64,000 nt of DNA, from NCBI GenBank assembly GCA_040954595.2, contig CM082587.2:7987705-8051704 (forward strand), given 5' to 3'. This DNA is from Balanoglossus misakiensis (Eukaryota > Animalia > Hemichordata). Shown piece after piece: positions 1-15,300 of this stretch. The notes under the pieces are model-generated. The model was not told the origin of the DNA. It saw only the letters and a list, made by a program, of their open reading frames with translations, and did no database searches. The translations under genes were made by a program, and so were the position numbers. The number at the start of each line of letters is the position of its first letter. The stretch's first letter is position 1.

Positions 1-242
1 TTGGAATCCCAAATACTTATACTGAGGGTCAGTGTCAACATTCCCACATGTATAACCTAAAAGTCGTTCCATTGTGAACTATATTATCTTTTGGAGGAAG
101 GGAGTAGCTTAAATACCCCAATTGGTTCGTTAATTTCTTAGTGTGCTCGTGCTTCGTCAAAAAAACCCACCATCGTAAAATGATCAATGTCAATGTCATT
201 TTCCCAATGCGCAGTATGAGATACATGTAGCTTTATTTTCAG

Positions 243-3200
243 GATTCCTTCTGGAGAAAGTTTATTTGACAAACAGCCAGACAACTTAAGTATACTAGAA
301 AAGGATACAGTGTACTGCGACTGCAGGGGATCAGAATTCAATTGCTATGAAAATATGCAAGAAATCCTTGATTACTCTGATTATGAAGCAGGTTGGACTG
401 ATATTACAGACGAAATTGATGCGCAAACTGTCACTGGCAAGTAAGTGGGCTCCAAACTTTTCCCAAGTAGAGTTTTTTTCCGGAAATGATACTCAAATGG
501 TACATGTTGTCATTTGTATGATTCAACAATATAAAACGCGTCTTTTCAAGCAAAACACGAACCCTTGCACTATCAATGTCAAAGTACAATATCAATTTTG
601 AATGGTGTTGTCTCCCCGCTTGAGGATTCTAGTCTTATTACATTGCCATCTCAAAGCTTCGCAGTTAATTTTAACTATAATAATTTTAACGTGAGTTTTG
701 CAATGTAACCCTTGACCTCGTCTTTCCAGACGACCAAGAAGGCAAGTTCAATTGCACAGAAAAGTTCGTCAGTACAGTGCCACGGACAATCATGATTTCA
801 CACCGGCAACACTGACGTGGCCAACACCTAGTGGTAGAACCGAGCAACAGGCACGTGACATGTGTGAATCGGCAGTTCTCAACTCAACTGCTGCCGAAGC
901 GTGCGCAGAAGTTCCGGGCGTTGATCTGTTTCTTGGCGTCGAAAGCTGTGTTGAAGACATCGGGGTAATGTATTATGCAAACTATAAATGGGGTTTTTAT
1001 TCATTATTTGGAAGAAAAGAAAAGACTTCATAAATAGGTAACGTGAGCATTTAGGTATAACTTTCACAATTTGACAATGTTTAGATTAAGGCTAAAGTAG
1101 CCGAAAACAATTTACCTCATATAGTATAATGAAATGCGTGATCGATGGGGTGTCAAATCCATAAAAATGAACTCTGGTCTTGTATATAACATTATACATA
1201 CCCTGACACCCCACAGGTATCGGACAGTCTTATGTTTTTAGATGATGCAGTATCTTTAATGGAAAACCAATGTGTTGATCTGGCAATGAAAAACCTTTCC
1301 CTATACACAACAGGTAAACTCATTTTATTTTGTGTTACTGTTATCATCGGTGGTCGCGTACGGGCCTTGTGGGTTTTCCCACAACCGGGCCACCTCTTGA
1401 CTGAAAACGTTTAATGGCTACTTGATGTGGTTTTGTGGAGTAGTTATGTAGTTCAAGGTTTGTTGAAGTGATAGTTGGGCTTGTGACCCCAAACGAGCGA
1501 CAATCAAGCCCGTGACTCCAATAAATGCATATTCAAGTGGTCGTCATCCACATTTGGCCGTAAACAGAATAATGTCCCACGTTTATTCAAACGAATCTTA
1601 CAAGTGTTACTTTCTCGTAACCCAGATGCAAATGGTACGGTTATCGGCCCACCGTCGTTTGTATACGAGGTGATCTGTCCATCACAGTGCAGTGGCCAGG
1701 GTCTGTGCGTCAACGGAACGTGTGAATGTTATCAAGGTACGTCTTCACTAAGTATCTAGTGATAATCTAGCTGTGTTTCTTCACCCATTTTATGATAAAT
1801 TGCATTGTCAATTCTGGCTACCTTAAAGAGGTTTTCACTTCGTGCTGGGGAGGGGTGATCAAATCACATTATAATTGCATTCTGGGTAAAAGGTCGACAA
1901 GTCACTGCGGTAAGAGTTTAAAAAATGATATGTTAACTGTATTTCACGACTTCCTTTGGTCAAAAGTTTGTCTTCGTAGTCAGCATATTTACCTCATTGA
2001 TTTTTTTTTTAATTTTATTATTTTTTTCTGTTAAAAAGTTTAAGAATGACACAGTATCACTTTAACTTATGAACTTTCATTTCTCAGACATGGCAAAAAA
2101 TCGACCATTTTGAAATCGTCAGAGAATTGGGAATAGCATTTTCATGTTAACTATAGCAGCCGCAATATGCACCGATTATCTAAAGAGTTCGTGCTCTTTC
2201 TTGCCAGGATTTGACGGCGCTGACTGTTCAATCGACACCACAAGACCCCCTAACCTTTGGTACATCAACGACGCCGAAGAGCACGCCCTCTGTGACATCA
2301 GAGAAGAGCCGTGCCAGCATATCAGTGTCATTGGTGAGAATTTCCTGAATTCGGATGGTTTAATCTGCCTCTACAGCGAAATCCAAGATCACCTCCCTAC
2401 TGAATCTTACTTCGCAACGTTTCGAGAAGTTATTTGCTCACTGGAGAATCCAATGGTAGTTCCCGGAGACCCTGACGTCACTGAAGGGGTCACAGTTCAG
2501 ACCGTCGAAATGTTCGTTAGTAACGACAACGGGATTACCTCCAGTAATGGATTGCTATTGACAACGTATGACTCTAAATGTCAATATTGTAATGAAACAT
2601 TTTTCTGTGAGCTAAAGGTATGTAATTATACTTTTTTTTCTAAATAACATTTGCATATGTGCATGTATTATAATATATTAATAGTTGGTTAATTAAATTT
2701 AAATTTTGCCTTAAAACGATCATGATTATGGTATTTTCGTGATCTTCCCCTCCAGTCCGATTCCTGTGAAATAAACGGTCATTGCTTTTCGTCCGGAGAA
2801 TCCAATCCCAACGACGATACTAAATACTGCAACCCCAGCATCAACCAATATGAATGGACAGAAATTGCAGGTACTAGTAATAGGCCATTTTCATGGCACC
2901 TATAATATATGACCTTACATCCTCGTACTTCCGTCGGTAAGAATTTCTCAGATTGACTAAAATGTCTACAAAACCCGCACAATTGCAGCTGTAGTCAATA
3001 AAGTACGTGTATGTACCAAATTACAACAGTGGCCACTTTTCAAGCAACAGTTTACACGTTTCTTGTCCCAAAATGTAGAAATTTGACAACCCCTTACCGC
3101 CGGAAGCACAAGGATGTAAGGTCATGTACGGGTCCTTAAAGTGGCATGTTGTCTATATCGCCAAGTTTGTACTCTGCTGCGAAGTCATTCAAAGTATTAC

Positions 3201-3990
3201 GCAGTGATACAGTATATTCAATGATGCCATTTATACTTCTCCAGAACATCGTTCTTCAAAATATTTCTCCCTTCATATATGCACGATTGTATATTCCAGA
3301 ACGTATGATCTCCACTATTCCCGATTCGACCAATGACAAAAGCGAATGCATCTCAGAACAGTTTCATACAATGTTCATCATCAAACCATGCGACAAGATG
3401 CCTCCTTCAGTAGCATTTCGATGCAATATTCATGTCAAAAAATTGTTTGATAAAAAAAAACAGTATTACATGTCTTTCTTATTGCGTGTCCAGATCCGAA
3501 TTCAGGAAATGAAAATTGGGTGATGATACTTGCTTTGACCTTGTGTGGAATAGCTGGTATTATTCTGGCCACAATCCTTATCGTCGTTGTGTACAAGCAC
3601 GTGTGCAAAAAGAAGCATTTGGAAAACAAGGTTATTAGCTTATTTATTTCAGTTTTATGTTGTGCGAAATATTGATCACCAATAGTAAAACAATTCACAG
3701 TTTACATTTGCAAAGTCCCTTTCATGTATATGTACATGTACGAGAGTTTTAATTTAATGAGAATAGTCAATTCCTGGATCTCGCATTCGGTTTTGTTTGC
3801 ATTGAACTATTATTAGGTGCAATAAATTTGTTTTCTATTGAATCTTTATCGCATCAATTCATTGGCTTTCCAATAAAGTCGATAAAGAAGGTGCACACTT
3901 AACAACCAATACTTTTCTGTCTGTCTGCAGGTGCATCCCAAGCAGTCCTCCTACCAGGATACCGTTGTTGTCGAGACCAAAGCTATCTAA
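243..3990 (+). CDS. VWDE: von Willebrand factor D and EGF domain-containing (VWDE-like) membrane protein, 3' part; 5' exons lie outside the window
   Basis: Phase-compatible GT-AG exons: 243-440 (RIPSGESLFD), 730-964 (TWPTPSGRTEQQARDMC...SCVEDI), 1217-1313, 1626-1736 (EGF: CPSQCSGQGLCVNGTCECYQG), 2208-2617 (FDGADCS...LCDIREEPC...YDSKCQYC), 2756-2870 (SCEINGHCF), 3494-3630 (TM: WVMILALTLCGIAGIILATILIVVVY followed by KHVCKKK), 3931-3990 (TAA). Motifs match invertebrate VWDE-like proteins from memory. Confidence 0.8.
2908..3126. mobile_element. MITE with ~35-bp imperfect TIRs in a VWDE intron
   Basis: atgaccttacatcctcgtacttccgtcggtaag at the left end and cttaccgccggaagcacaaggatgtaaggtcat at the right end, with TA flanks. 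Confidence 0.65.
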
Positions 3991-4050
3991 TAGGATCTTT
4001 CTCCAAAAGGACTCGTCAGTGCACTGCTGATATAAACCCGTGTTTGTAAA

Positions 4051-4056
4051 AATAAA
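4051..4056 (+). terminator. Putative polyadenylation signal of the VWDE-like gene
   Basis: AATAAA about 60 bp after the TAA at 3988-3990. Confidence 0.5.
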
Positions 4057-6323
4057 CACCTTCCTTACAAATGAGCTCTTATACAAGAACAGTTCAATCC
4101 TTCCAAGAAATTTAAATCAACATTTCGTCTGACATTATTGCCACTGTCATCAAGATATATACTGTTACACATATAATTCCGTCCAAACTATTTCTCACGA
4201 GACTATTTCGTTTTTTTTGTATTATTTAGATGAAAACGAGAATTTGTAGAAATAAAACGTTTTGTAACTTTGCAGCCGTAAAGAGGTCGTAGTTTGCGTT
4301 GATGCCCATATACCTGTCACTGTAAGTAAGGATGCGGAAACACACATTGTGCCCTGGGTACCAGAAGTGCGCCCTCAAACCCCATGCATGGATAAAGGCA
4401 CTGTACGCGGTGTTGTAAAATACCAAGGTGATGAAATACGATTTCATGTACAGGTGTGTGATTTCTCCATCGCGTTAAATGTGCTTTCACAATGCTTGAA
4501 ATGTGTACATTTCATCCGATTTTGGCAGTGGTATAAATTCGGCTGAACCATGATGTTGTTGGTAGAAAGTCCAAGTCGAGAAAGAAATGTATATTTTTAA
4601 CGTGACAGTTCTGGTCTTCAGCGCAACATACTGCGAATTATTAAGATTCCACTATTAATGATAATATTTGTATATAAACACTGCTGTGGGGCGGTTTAAT
4701 TTCTATAAATAATAATTCATCCGAAATCCTTCTCATTTTCCAATGGCATTTTAAATATCTTAATGGCATTTAAGTGAGATAAATCAATTTCTTACCTTAT
4801 CAAACGTGCCGCGGACTGTAACATCGATTGCTGACTGCTGTTCGGATTCCTTGCATCGCATTATCCGTTTACCTGTGTAATGTTGCATTTATATTGTACA
4901 GGAATGAACCACCCTTGGCGGCGGTTTAGATTCTTTTTGCATATATGGACTTTCAGAGATTTTTTGGCTATGGGGTACTTTATACTGGCTTTGTCTTCAA
5001 TAAAGAATGTTTAGAAGAGTACCGTCATATTTATATGCCTGTGCTCGGCTGCCAATCCCGGGTACAACCAATTGTTGCATTTAATTTTAGAATTATTATC
5101 GCTGGCTTCTTTACCTTACCTTTTTATCGAGATCTCAGTGACCTACATATCACGCTGTTCTTGCAATGTAAGTATACTGCTGGAACTGCTCACTTTGTTG
5201 TCCCAGTTATTATAGTGCAACATTCTACCTTGATGATCTTGTTATCAACATTTACACTAACACAGTTCACGTTGGACAATAATTGTCCGACATATATTAT
5301 ATATATATCGTAAATACGACATCAACAGGTGTGATAATTGATGAAGACGAGTACGCCGCGCCGGGGTGTCTGTTGATGAGTATAAGCTTTTATTGTTATC
5401 CTTTGTCTTTGAGATCGGTCCGTAATGGCACCTGGTACAATACTTACATGGAAACGTTTCTGTTGTTTTGAATCGTATTCGACGTGAATGACAATACATA
5501 TGAAATGTTCTCTGGGGGTATTTTTATGACTGCGAAAGATATTACTGTAGAATACTGGGATTTCTTTTCGCGCTGTGGTGGAAAATAACTACATGTAGTA
5601 CTGTATTTCGCTTGAATTTATTTTCGTATAAGCAGCTTGGACATACTAATACTGTACTGAGATGCCAATCAAAACCGATGCCATTCTCTATCTGAAAATA
5701 CTTAGTATATGTAGTTAGGAGGAGTTTCTAAAGACGATAGATAATCATTCGATAGATACCTCCTCTCATGCGCATGCGCACATGGTTTGCATGAATGAAT
5801 GAAGTTTATTTCACCAGAGATATGTCTGTAAATATACCACACAAAATATATATAACCCCCAAAAAATCCACCGGGAAAATTAGTAAGGGATTCAGATCAT
5901 TTTTAACTTCCGAATTTATTTCATAATTATTTGTGCTGGTTACTTATCTGAGCGTTGCTCCGTGATCCGATCTCTGCTCTCTCTAGCATATCATAAAAAA
6001 TATTTTTTTTAACCTGACCTGCTAAAAAATGGAAATCTTACAAATGTAGTCGATTAGAAGACTGTGTAGCACTAAATGGCTATCAAGTAATGACGACACT
6101 TGTAACTAACTGTATAGCATTTTTATTTGCACCAAATATTACCCCAAGCGCCAGCGCATCAAATGCAAATTACGACTGAGGTCCTGACCTCCCCTACGGT
6201 TTAATAGTATATCCCGTGTGTACATTTCCTTTGATTGCATTTCGTTTCATCCGTGTTCCCGAAGCCGGCGCGCTTAACGTCAACTGGAGTGGTTCTTGTT
6301 TCCTCTGAATTTTCCTGAAAATC

Positions 6324-9300
6324 ATGGCATCCTTGCATGTTGATGACTGTGATGGTGTTATTCATGAAGTCGATCGTGTGGCAGACGAGGTCGATTTCGG
6401 CACAGCGGTGATACACTTGAGTCGAGATGCCGATATACCGCCGAAGTATTTTCTGCACAAGATCTTTTCGCCTATGATGGCTGACATGAGCTCGTACCAG
6501 CGCCGCTCTGATAGACCACCGAAATTGAAGCTGGTAAGCGTCGGATCTGTTCGTTTTCATCACATAAATTAGCGACATATCCATACCTTATAATCCACTG
6601 AATGTGAAATGGGCCGCCGTATTGATGTGTATTCTCTGTATTATACTCACACTGACATAGGATAGTCTGAGCTGAGAGCGATTGATAAACAGTCGCGTTC
6701 GGAAATACCGCGTAAACCAGGGTGTGTGTTTGTTTGGTTTCCTCGTTTTTGTCAGCCCACGTTTTTCTTGGCTTATTATTCTCTTTGTGGCTTTTTATGC
6801 GCTAAAGCACATTATTCGGAAATTACTACAAGTTACAAACCATATACACTGATCAATGGCCGTCTGAACCGACAAAGCCGGCGATCACACAATGTGTTAA
6901 TCGATCGAAAAGAATCGCCCAGTCTTTCTTTATGTTTGAAGTCAGCTGGGAGCTCAGTGCCAGTGCATTCAGACGCCGGCCACACACGCTAATCCTTCGA
7001 AATCTCTGTGATTTTTGAGTTGATTGACCCGAAGCCGTTGTCTCAAATCTGATTTTTACCTTCATTTACTATAAGTTGTCAAACCATATGATCTCACAAT
7101 GGCGTTTCTTATTGTATTTATTTGTGAAGGAAATAGGTCTGACTTGAAATTGTACTTCATATAAGTGTACATCGTACTGTAGTGTCGTGCAGACGGGCCT
7201 GGTATGAAACTCCACACTCAGACAGATACTGATATGGCACATGGCATAGTCTGAAGTGAAGGTATATCTTACATACTGGCATGCATATCATACCAGGGAA
7301 ACTTGATACGTACACATATACACTTGCCGCGGGTTAAACACTAACTTGCCTGCACTCTCCGATTCCATCGAGCATTCAAAATTCAACCGTAATTAGTTAT
7401 TTCCTAACGACAGACTGTTAACAACACAAATCCTTACGGGTCATTTCCCTGAACACAAGAGATCCGAGAGTTGACCTTTTACCGAAGCTGTCTGAAGTTT
7501 TATAGATAGTACACAGGATGATTAATTACTTCCCGTACAATACCTGGCATTTTCAATTGAAGCTGGCATAAGACACAGAATGCCACCTGTGGTAATAACA
7601 GGACACTATCATGAACACATAGAAAAAATTAAACACTTTGTCTTTTGTGAAATAATTTGTCTCTTTCACTGTAAGTTAATTTACAAACTGATAATTTTGG
7701 TTTTGGAAGAAAATGACATTGTGTGAATCCAGGTACTAGGGCTTCTCGTGTCTTGTTTGACATTCCTAGTGGTGTGGTGTAACAATGAGGTTTCTCACAA
7801 TACCAGATAAACTTTGATTACATAAGTTAATCTAAACGCAGCATGCTCATGTCAATATGTGAACACCCATCCCAATGATACTACAGTCAAACCTGATATA
7901 TATTGATCATGTATATTGATAGTGAACAAGTTTACTAATACAGTCTCAAAAATCAAATTGTTGCCCAAAATGATTGTCATTTATAATGGAAAAAATAATT
8001 GATTTCCAGACTACTGTATAAGCTGCATCATATGGGTTGAGATCATAAATACAAATGTGAAGGATATTTTTTTCTCTATGAGGCTAAGACTTTGTGGGGA
8101 GAAGTTTCCCCATGACTGTTTGTTGAATTTTCCAAACAGGGCTGTCATCTTCATCATGTCTGCCACATGAGTTAGAGAATGATGTTAGAATGATCATCCT
8201 GGAAGGCAGTGATGGGTTTGCTGCACATGATCCTCCAAAGTTGTGTCTGTACCAATTTGATTCAAACAACAGGAGTATTACATGAATGTAGTCTCGATTA
8301 CATCCATTCTACTCCCAAGTATAAGGACAATTTATAAATTAAATTTACACAAATATCAATTCATATCAGGGATAATAAATTCTGACTATCAACCATTTGG
8401 TTATTGGTAGTACCGGTAGTAGTGGAAGTTTTTTTTATTGAGATAATTATAAAGTTCCATAGGAACTACCAGCAGATATATATGATGGTAGGGTCTGTGA
8501 CCTCGGTTAATGCAGTCAGTCACTCTGGGTGGTCTTATTGGAATATGTGTAAAAACAAAATGAGAGAAACATTCTGTCTGGAGCTGGCAATAGCACACAT
8601 ATTTCCAGGGATGTTCATGTACGTAAAGTAAACCCATAATCCAGTCTTGAAATACACTTGTGGTGAGTGTAAAAAATATGGGCACCGGCAGAATTAGAAC
8701 TGTAGTTTCTTTTACAGAGAATTGCTAGCTAGCAATGGTCAATAATAACGAAGCACAAGAAATTTGAAAATGGGATTAAAATTTATGGAAATCAAATAGG
8801 CAGGGAACTACATGTATAGCAAACTTTTGTTTTCTGTACTTCAGTCGTAACTGCAAATGCATTGAGAAGATGATGAAGTAAATGTAAAGTACATGTAAAG
8901 TTAAAATATTACCAAACAGAAAATGGATAAAGGGACTTCAAACTCCGAGTCAGCCATTTTATAGCTGTACAGGGTGTGCCAATATCTGACGTGGCAACAC
9001 CACTATATATTACATCCTGTTGGCATTTTAGGTGTTCCATCTGTTGACCAGAAAATTGGACAGATCAAAGATTAATGACATTAACAAGTGCATTACCATG
9101 GTTACTAAGCTAGAAATCAACACTAAATATTTGAAGCCATACATGTACAGGGTTATCCATCATAGTCTGAATGGTATCCTGAGAGCAAACAAGTATATGC
9201 ATCTAACAGCGAGGAAAGGCGATCCCCTACAGTCTTTTTCCCCAGAAATTCCTGATACAATGTACATCATTGGCTAATTTACATAACAATACACTACAAG

Positions 9301-12300
9301 ACATTGTTATTCAATAGTTTCCCAAAATTATTGGCCGATACTCTTTAATTGTTCAGGGGAGAACACAGCTGTAGTAAAATGTTTGGGAATAATGGAAGGA
9401 CTTTAGAAATCATGGACAGATGAAATGATTTGCAATTTCCCCTGTCAGTCTGTAAGATAAGATGCACAAGGTTTCTTATTTATACTGGTTTTCAGTTTTT
9501 CTATCACATAATCAGTCACAAGTATTTTACATTGTTGTAAACCACATGCCTCTGTAACACTTTCACTCCCAGTTCTCGCTGGTCCAACCTTACAGTGGGT
9601 TTGGACTGAACCATGGTGGTGAAAGGGTTAAGGCAACTGCTGCATGCTTTATCAAAGCCGTGGTGGATTTGGCAAACATTCCTAAAAACAACGCGTGATT
9701 GGAGGGGGTATTGTAATAGTTTCAGGGAAAATGCAAGAGAGCCAATCAGAAAGGGCGTCTCATGATAGCAGGAACAGTGAACATACACTCTACTGAAGAT
9801 ACACTTTGTGAAATGATCAGTGATTGGCTAATTGGTTTGCTTGTGAATCCCAGACTTGTGTCACAACAATGCATGCGAGCTGGTGTTCTTTTCACTGCAT
9901 GGTTGGACTCCATGTGTCCTGCCTCTAACAAACATAATTTTAAAAGCGTTTAGTCAATTTGACGATTTCTAGAAATTTCTGTGAGTCAGTCCTACATCTG
10001 TGCATGTACATGTACCAGGTAGTGTTGATAATTTTCTCGAGTCACCAGTGAGTTTGTTGAGTCAGTGGCGTGTCTTCATATGGGCCGCTTAGACTCGGGG
10101 GCATACTGATGTTGATGGCTATACATGTATATTAGTACCCTGGTGACTTTGACACCGGCCATATGACATCCATACTGTTACAATGCAATGCTCTTCTTAA
10201 AGGTATACGGTCACCTCCAATTTACATATCGCCATATATAGTTGAAATGGCGTATTTGAGTGTTCTAAAGAACACGTTATTTTCGCGTGTGCCCACCCAC
10301 TGAAAATCTGTGATTGGTTAGATCTCAATTTACCATGGTAACTGTGGCTAAATTTGTATAGGTGACCGTATACCTTTAATGTGACATCCATACAATGCAA
10401 TGCTCTTCTTAATGTGAGAGTGAATCTGCAGATTATTGAATGAAATCAATCATCATTGCAACAATGCACAACAATCCAGGAAAGCATAACGATTGAATTT
10501 CCAATTGCTTTGAACTGAATACAATGTAGGTGAGAGAGGTAGATTACATGGTGTATCCCTGCCATCCCCACTGGCTGCTGAAATAAAGCTTCAAGGATGT
10601 CACATTATTGAATGTCAATTGTTCGCCTGTGTGGTGTCGGTATCTTCTGCGTAAAAAAGGACCCAGAAGTACAAGATTTGTCATCTTCTAAATTGAAAAT
10701 GACAGAGAATACATGGATATATATATATATAGAAAGTATTTTGTAGATTTGTTGCTTGCTTAGAGAGCAGATTTCCAATCTTTCCAAAAAGACCATCACA
10801 CATTCATGTACATGATGTTGTACATGTACTGTACTTCTTTGGTATCATTCCATATCAGAATCGAATGGAGCCTTTGAGAACTGATAAAAAATATGCTTGT
10901 TTGGAATTTGCAACCCTCATGAAGGCAGCAAGACAAAGTGGCTGTCAAAAAAGGATGATACACACTGTTATTCACTGTCTGCCAGGAAGTTTCAGGACAA
11001 CTTCACTCTGGATTTTTTTTTTTTGCTGGATCTCGCATAAGTTATTAATGAGTACGTAGGCTTTGAGAGTCCCAATGTACACACAGACCCTGTTTCATTC
11101 CATCCAACCATCGCTTCTCTCGCTCTCCCCTAATGAGTTTCGAGGACTGGTGATGCAGCGGCGTCACAAAGGAGCTGTTGTCATGGAAACATCATGCATT
11201 AGGGCTCCGGCTTTGCTAGTTACACATTACTCGGTGGCACCTAATCCTAATGAGTACACGGGCCCATGTGATGTTTGAAAGAGGATCACCGTAAAGAAGT
11301 CTCTGCCTGGATTCTCAAAAATGAAAAAAAAAAAAAATAGTCGTACAAGAGAAACGGTTTATAGTGATGAAAGAGCATATTCCTGGAGGGTGTTTGATGT
11401 CTTGTAGTGAAGTCATCGTGGATCGCGATTTCAAAGGGAAAAACTGTTGTTTGAAGAATAAACGCAAGTCGTGCACGTTGTGTGCATGACTGTCAGGCTA
11501 TATTTTCAAAGCAAGATTATTGTCGCTAAAGGGACTATTGTATTAAGCAGTTGAGATAGACAAGTCTTTCTTGTGAATAATGTTTTAGATTATAATGAAT
11601 CTTCTGCTGCTGGGGAGATGTATTGTTGAGAAAATGAAAGCCGTGTAAAATGGGCCATTTTTCTCCCTTTTGAATATTTCATTGAAGAAAATTGTACGTC
11701 ACTCAGTAGGAACTGAAAAATGTGTTCTTTTCCAAGTGTAAAGTGATGGGAACAAAACAGCTAGCACCTGAATAGAAATAAAAGCATGGAATGTTGCAAG
11801 AAGATTATTGACATACATGTATCATTGGGGGAGGGGGGGAGGCTATGAAGGTATTGCATGGCTGTGGCAGTGTACAGTACATGTACTGTAGTGGTGTACA
11901 GTAGACTGCATATAGGTCTTACACAATCAATCAGCATACATGTATACTTTCCTTTGGACCAGTACCTGCAATGTAAGTTGTAATATCCACAGCCCAGGGA
12001 AACACGTACATGGTAGTTCCTGTAAAAATAGAACTTCCCAAGCAGTAGGGTTAAGTCTCTGTATTCTGGATATGCATGGGAACAAAGGGAATTTTACCGA
12101 AATTATGAATTAAAAGTATACGGTCACCTCTAATGTACATACATGTATGCCTTTATATGGTCAGAAGGGTGTGTCTAAGTCTTTGATTTGGTGGTGCACT
12201 TCTTTTGTGTGTGCTACCAACTGAAAGTCTGTGATTGGTTATATTTCAGTTTTCCATGGTAAGTTAAAGTGGTTAAATTTGCAGTGGTCACCGTGTACTT

Positions 12301-15300
12301 TTAAATACATGTACGATGCATATAATACATGTACATGTAGTGATGTACATTGTACATGTACTGTATGTAGACATACATGTACATGTACATGTAACTTCAA
12401 TGCTTCTTCCAGACCCAACTGATCACTCACATGAAATGATTTGAGGTTTGAAATTCATACATGAACAGATGATGAACATATGGACATGTTCTTGACTGGC
12501 TGCAGGTAACTTCATTATGATAGAAATCAGGTTCAGCATAATTCAATATCTCAGCAAAGAAGTAGCTGCATGCAGTAATGAACGGATGTCTCACGGTACT
12601 TGAGGATAAGTGTCCTGCAATCCCATGATGCAGCAGTCAAGTGTGTAAAGCCAGATTGATATTCAAATAGACTTTGCTCTGATTGGCACATCGCTGTGTT
12701 TCTGTCTCAAAACTGAAAATCGCCCACTGAAGCTGACTTCCTGCCGATCTTCTGTGAAATTGTACGACAAATTAATGAGAATAGTTGACTGCATGGGTTT
12801 AATTGGGCAGTGGTGCATTGTGGGAGACGCCATGTGTGTAGTTGACCCAACCCTGCAGCTGCACAAGTACAGTACATGTACTTGTGTTTCTCTTTGAGTG
12901 TATTGAGCATACATTAATCATGAAGTAAGTTCAGTTCCAATTTTGTGACAATGATGAAGTCTCTGGTCAGGTTTGCATTGCAGATAATTCGCTCATTAAA
13001 GTACTGCCACAGAATATACTGCACTCGTGAAAATACCTGTAATACAATAATTATGTGCTAGAGATCATGTGCAAAGGTCATACTTTTCATAATTACAAAT
13101 GTATTTACAATTTTATTTTGTTGGTGTATTCAAAATAGGTTACTGTCTGGTCCAAAAGTGAGATACCTCAAAATGTCAAATGAAGACAATCATGTATAGG
13201 AGAAGTTCAGTTGGTTACATGTACATTTGATATCTAGACAACCTGTCAGTATGTGCTTTGCACTCCAAGTGTCAACAGAAATGCCAGTGCAATTTCCTAT
13301 TTTTCTGTTTGATTTGCGGCCAGGGACTGATGAATGAGTGAAGTTAACTATTAATGAAAATAATTCATTTTTTTTTAACTTCTGCAACAATAATCTGAGA
13401 CAATCGTTAAGCTCTCTACATGTAGTTTCCAAATATGTTTGAATTAAAGCCAGTGGACATTTGATTGTAACATTGAAAAATTTCACCAGTTAGTGTAGTT
13501 GTTGCTCTTTAATATACTGATAATTTCTTTTGAAATTATCATTGGCAGGAGGTGTTTCTTTTTTAAACAAGGGAGTTCAGCTTAGAAAAAAAAATACTGG
13601 GGAGGGGGGGGGGGGGGAACAAAGAAAATTAAAACTTGGCGAAAAAGAAATATGCAGCACAAACTAATGTCTCAGTCTGAGTGACATCACCAGTTGAAGT
13701 GACTGTGTTTTACACTGCATCAGGTCAGGTTGTCACTCCCTGAAAGACAGAATGAAATCGCATGGCAGGTAATTATCCTTACATTGCAATAACCCCAATT
13801 AGTAGATATCTTCAATTTATAGATCTCCAGGGAGCCCAAACTGGTGGTATTCTTCATGTTCAGAACTGCAGCGCTTTGAATTAACAGTGTAGTACAATTT
13901 AGCTCGGAGTAATTTGGAAAGGAGTAATTCTGATTGAATTTCAATTTTCATCAAACGGTTAATTTTTAAAGATCACTTTTGTAATGACTGAGCAGTATAC
14001 AAATGTACATGTTCATGGCAAAGTAGACCTATTGACCTTTGACATGCTTGATCTTCAGCTGATAAAGACATCTAAATTCTAACGTGAAATGTTTGTATGT
14101 ACAGCTGTACTTTTGACTGAAAATGCTGGCTATGGCTTTAAGCACCCGTGGCATGTGGTGCCTTTTTTTCTTTTCGATTACCTTTGTTTACATTCGTATT
14201 TGGATAGTATACTAATGATAATGCTGTTAATTAAAAAGTTCATTGCACTTTTCAAAATTGAGATAAAAATTTATTTCTGGTGTTGATAGTCTGAGAAATT
14301 GGAATATTTTGGTTCATCAATAATTGACATAATTACCTATCAGTTTATTAAAACATATTAGACGTGACCTGTTGTAATCCTTATTGAACTCTGAGGAAAG
14401 CTGCCAAGCATTTTTTGTTGATGTGGCTTTGATCATTTGCTTGTATTTAATGAGTAGTCTTGTTTGGTATCTTGCTACATTTCAACGCTGTCTATCGTAA
14501 TTGACCTTTGGAGACCTGTAAATTAATATCATCTTTGCTATTACAACACCAGACTTCAAAGAACATGTTTGGAATGATCAAATACAGAAAAATGGATGTG
14601 CACGAATTCCTCATTAATTTAGCAGTTTCGAAAAAAATGCTGATTGTATGTCTGTCGAGAAACGAAAGATTTCCCGTTTTCTACTCGAATCAGTACCTGA
14701 ACGGCACTAGATTTTCATTTTCTTGGAAGTGCAGGTGTTGTAAATGTGTCACTGTCAACTGACTGTAAGCAGTCTTAGTCTTAGAGCAGGTGACTGGTCC
14801 TTTGTCACTGTGTGGTACAATGTAATGTCTGCTGTAAGTGGAAGCTACAATGTATATGGCATGTGTATGTAAACCATTGTGAACGCCAAGAGCTAACCAA
14901 TATCCGACTTTAACCAAAGCCTTCCCTGGCATATGCAACTGTCATGTTAGAATGGTGGGAGATGGTCTCATACATACTTAGGGCAAGTCCTGGCATGCAA
15001 TGTTATTAGACTGAGGCTGACTTCAGAGGCGTTACTAAGGAAAGTTACGTGTCAGTAAACGCTGTGGGTGAATCTTTTTAATGTACCTTTTTGATAAGCT
15101 AGCATCTAGTCTCTTTGCTTGTACTTCGGTTTTTAAGCAGATCTGGAAGTCCCCAAGGAGAGACAGAGAAAGGCAAAATTCAATCAGCAGCTTAGAGGCC
15201 TTAATTCCTAATATCCTGGTACAATCTAAGACAGTTCCATCGAGGGCAAAGGGATGTGATAATCTCGATGCAAGGGACGTACATGGATTGAGCTACATGT

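Noticed and set aside
6201-6584. 127-aa minus-strand ORF
   Set aside because: Antisense shadow of FAM124-like exon 1.
12305-12392. Dense TACATGTA palindromes here and scattered through the window
   Set aside because: Appears to be a background low-complexity motif with no higher-order organisation.
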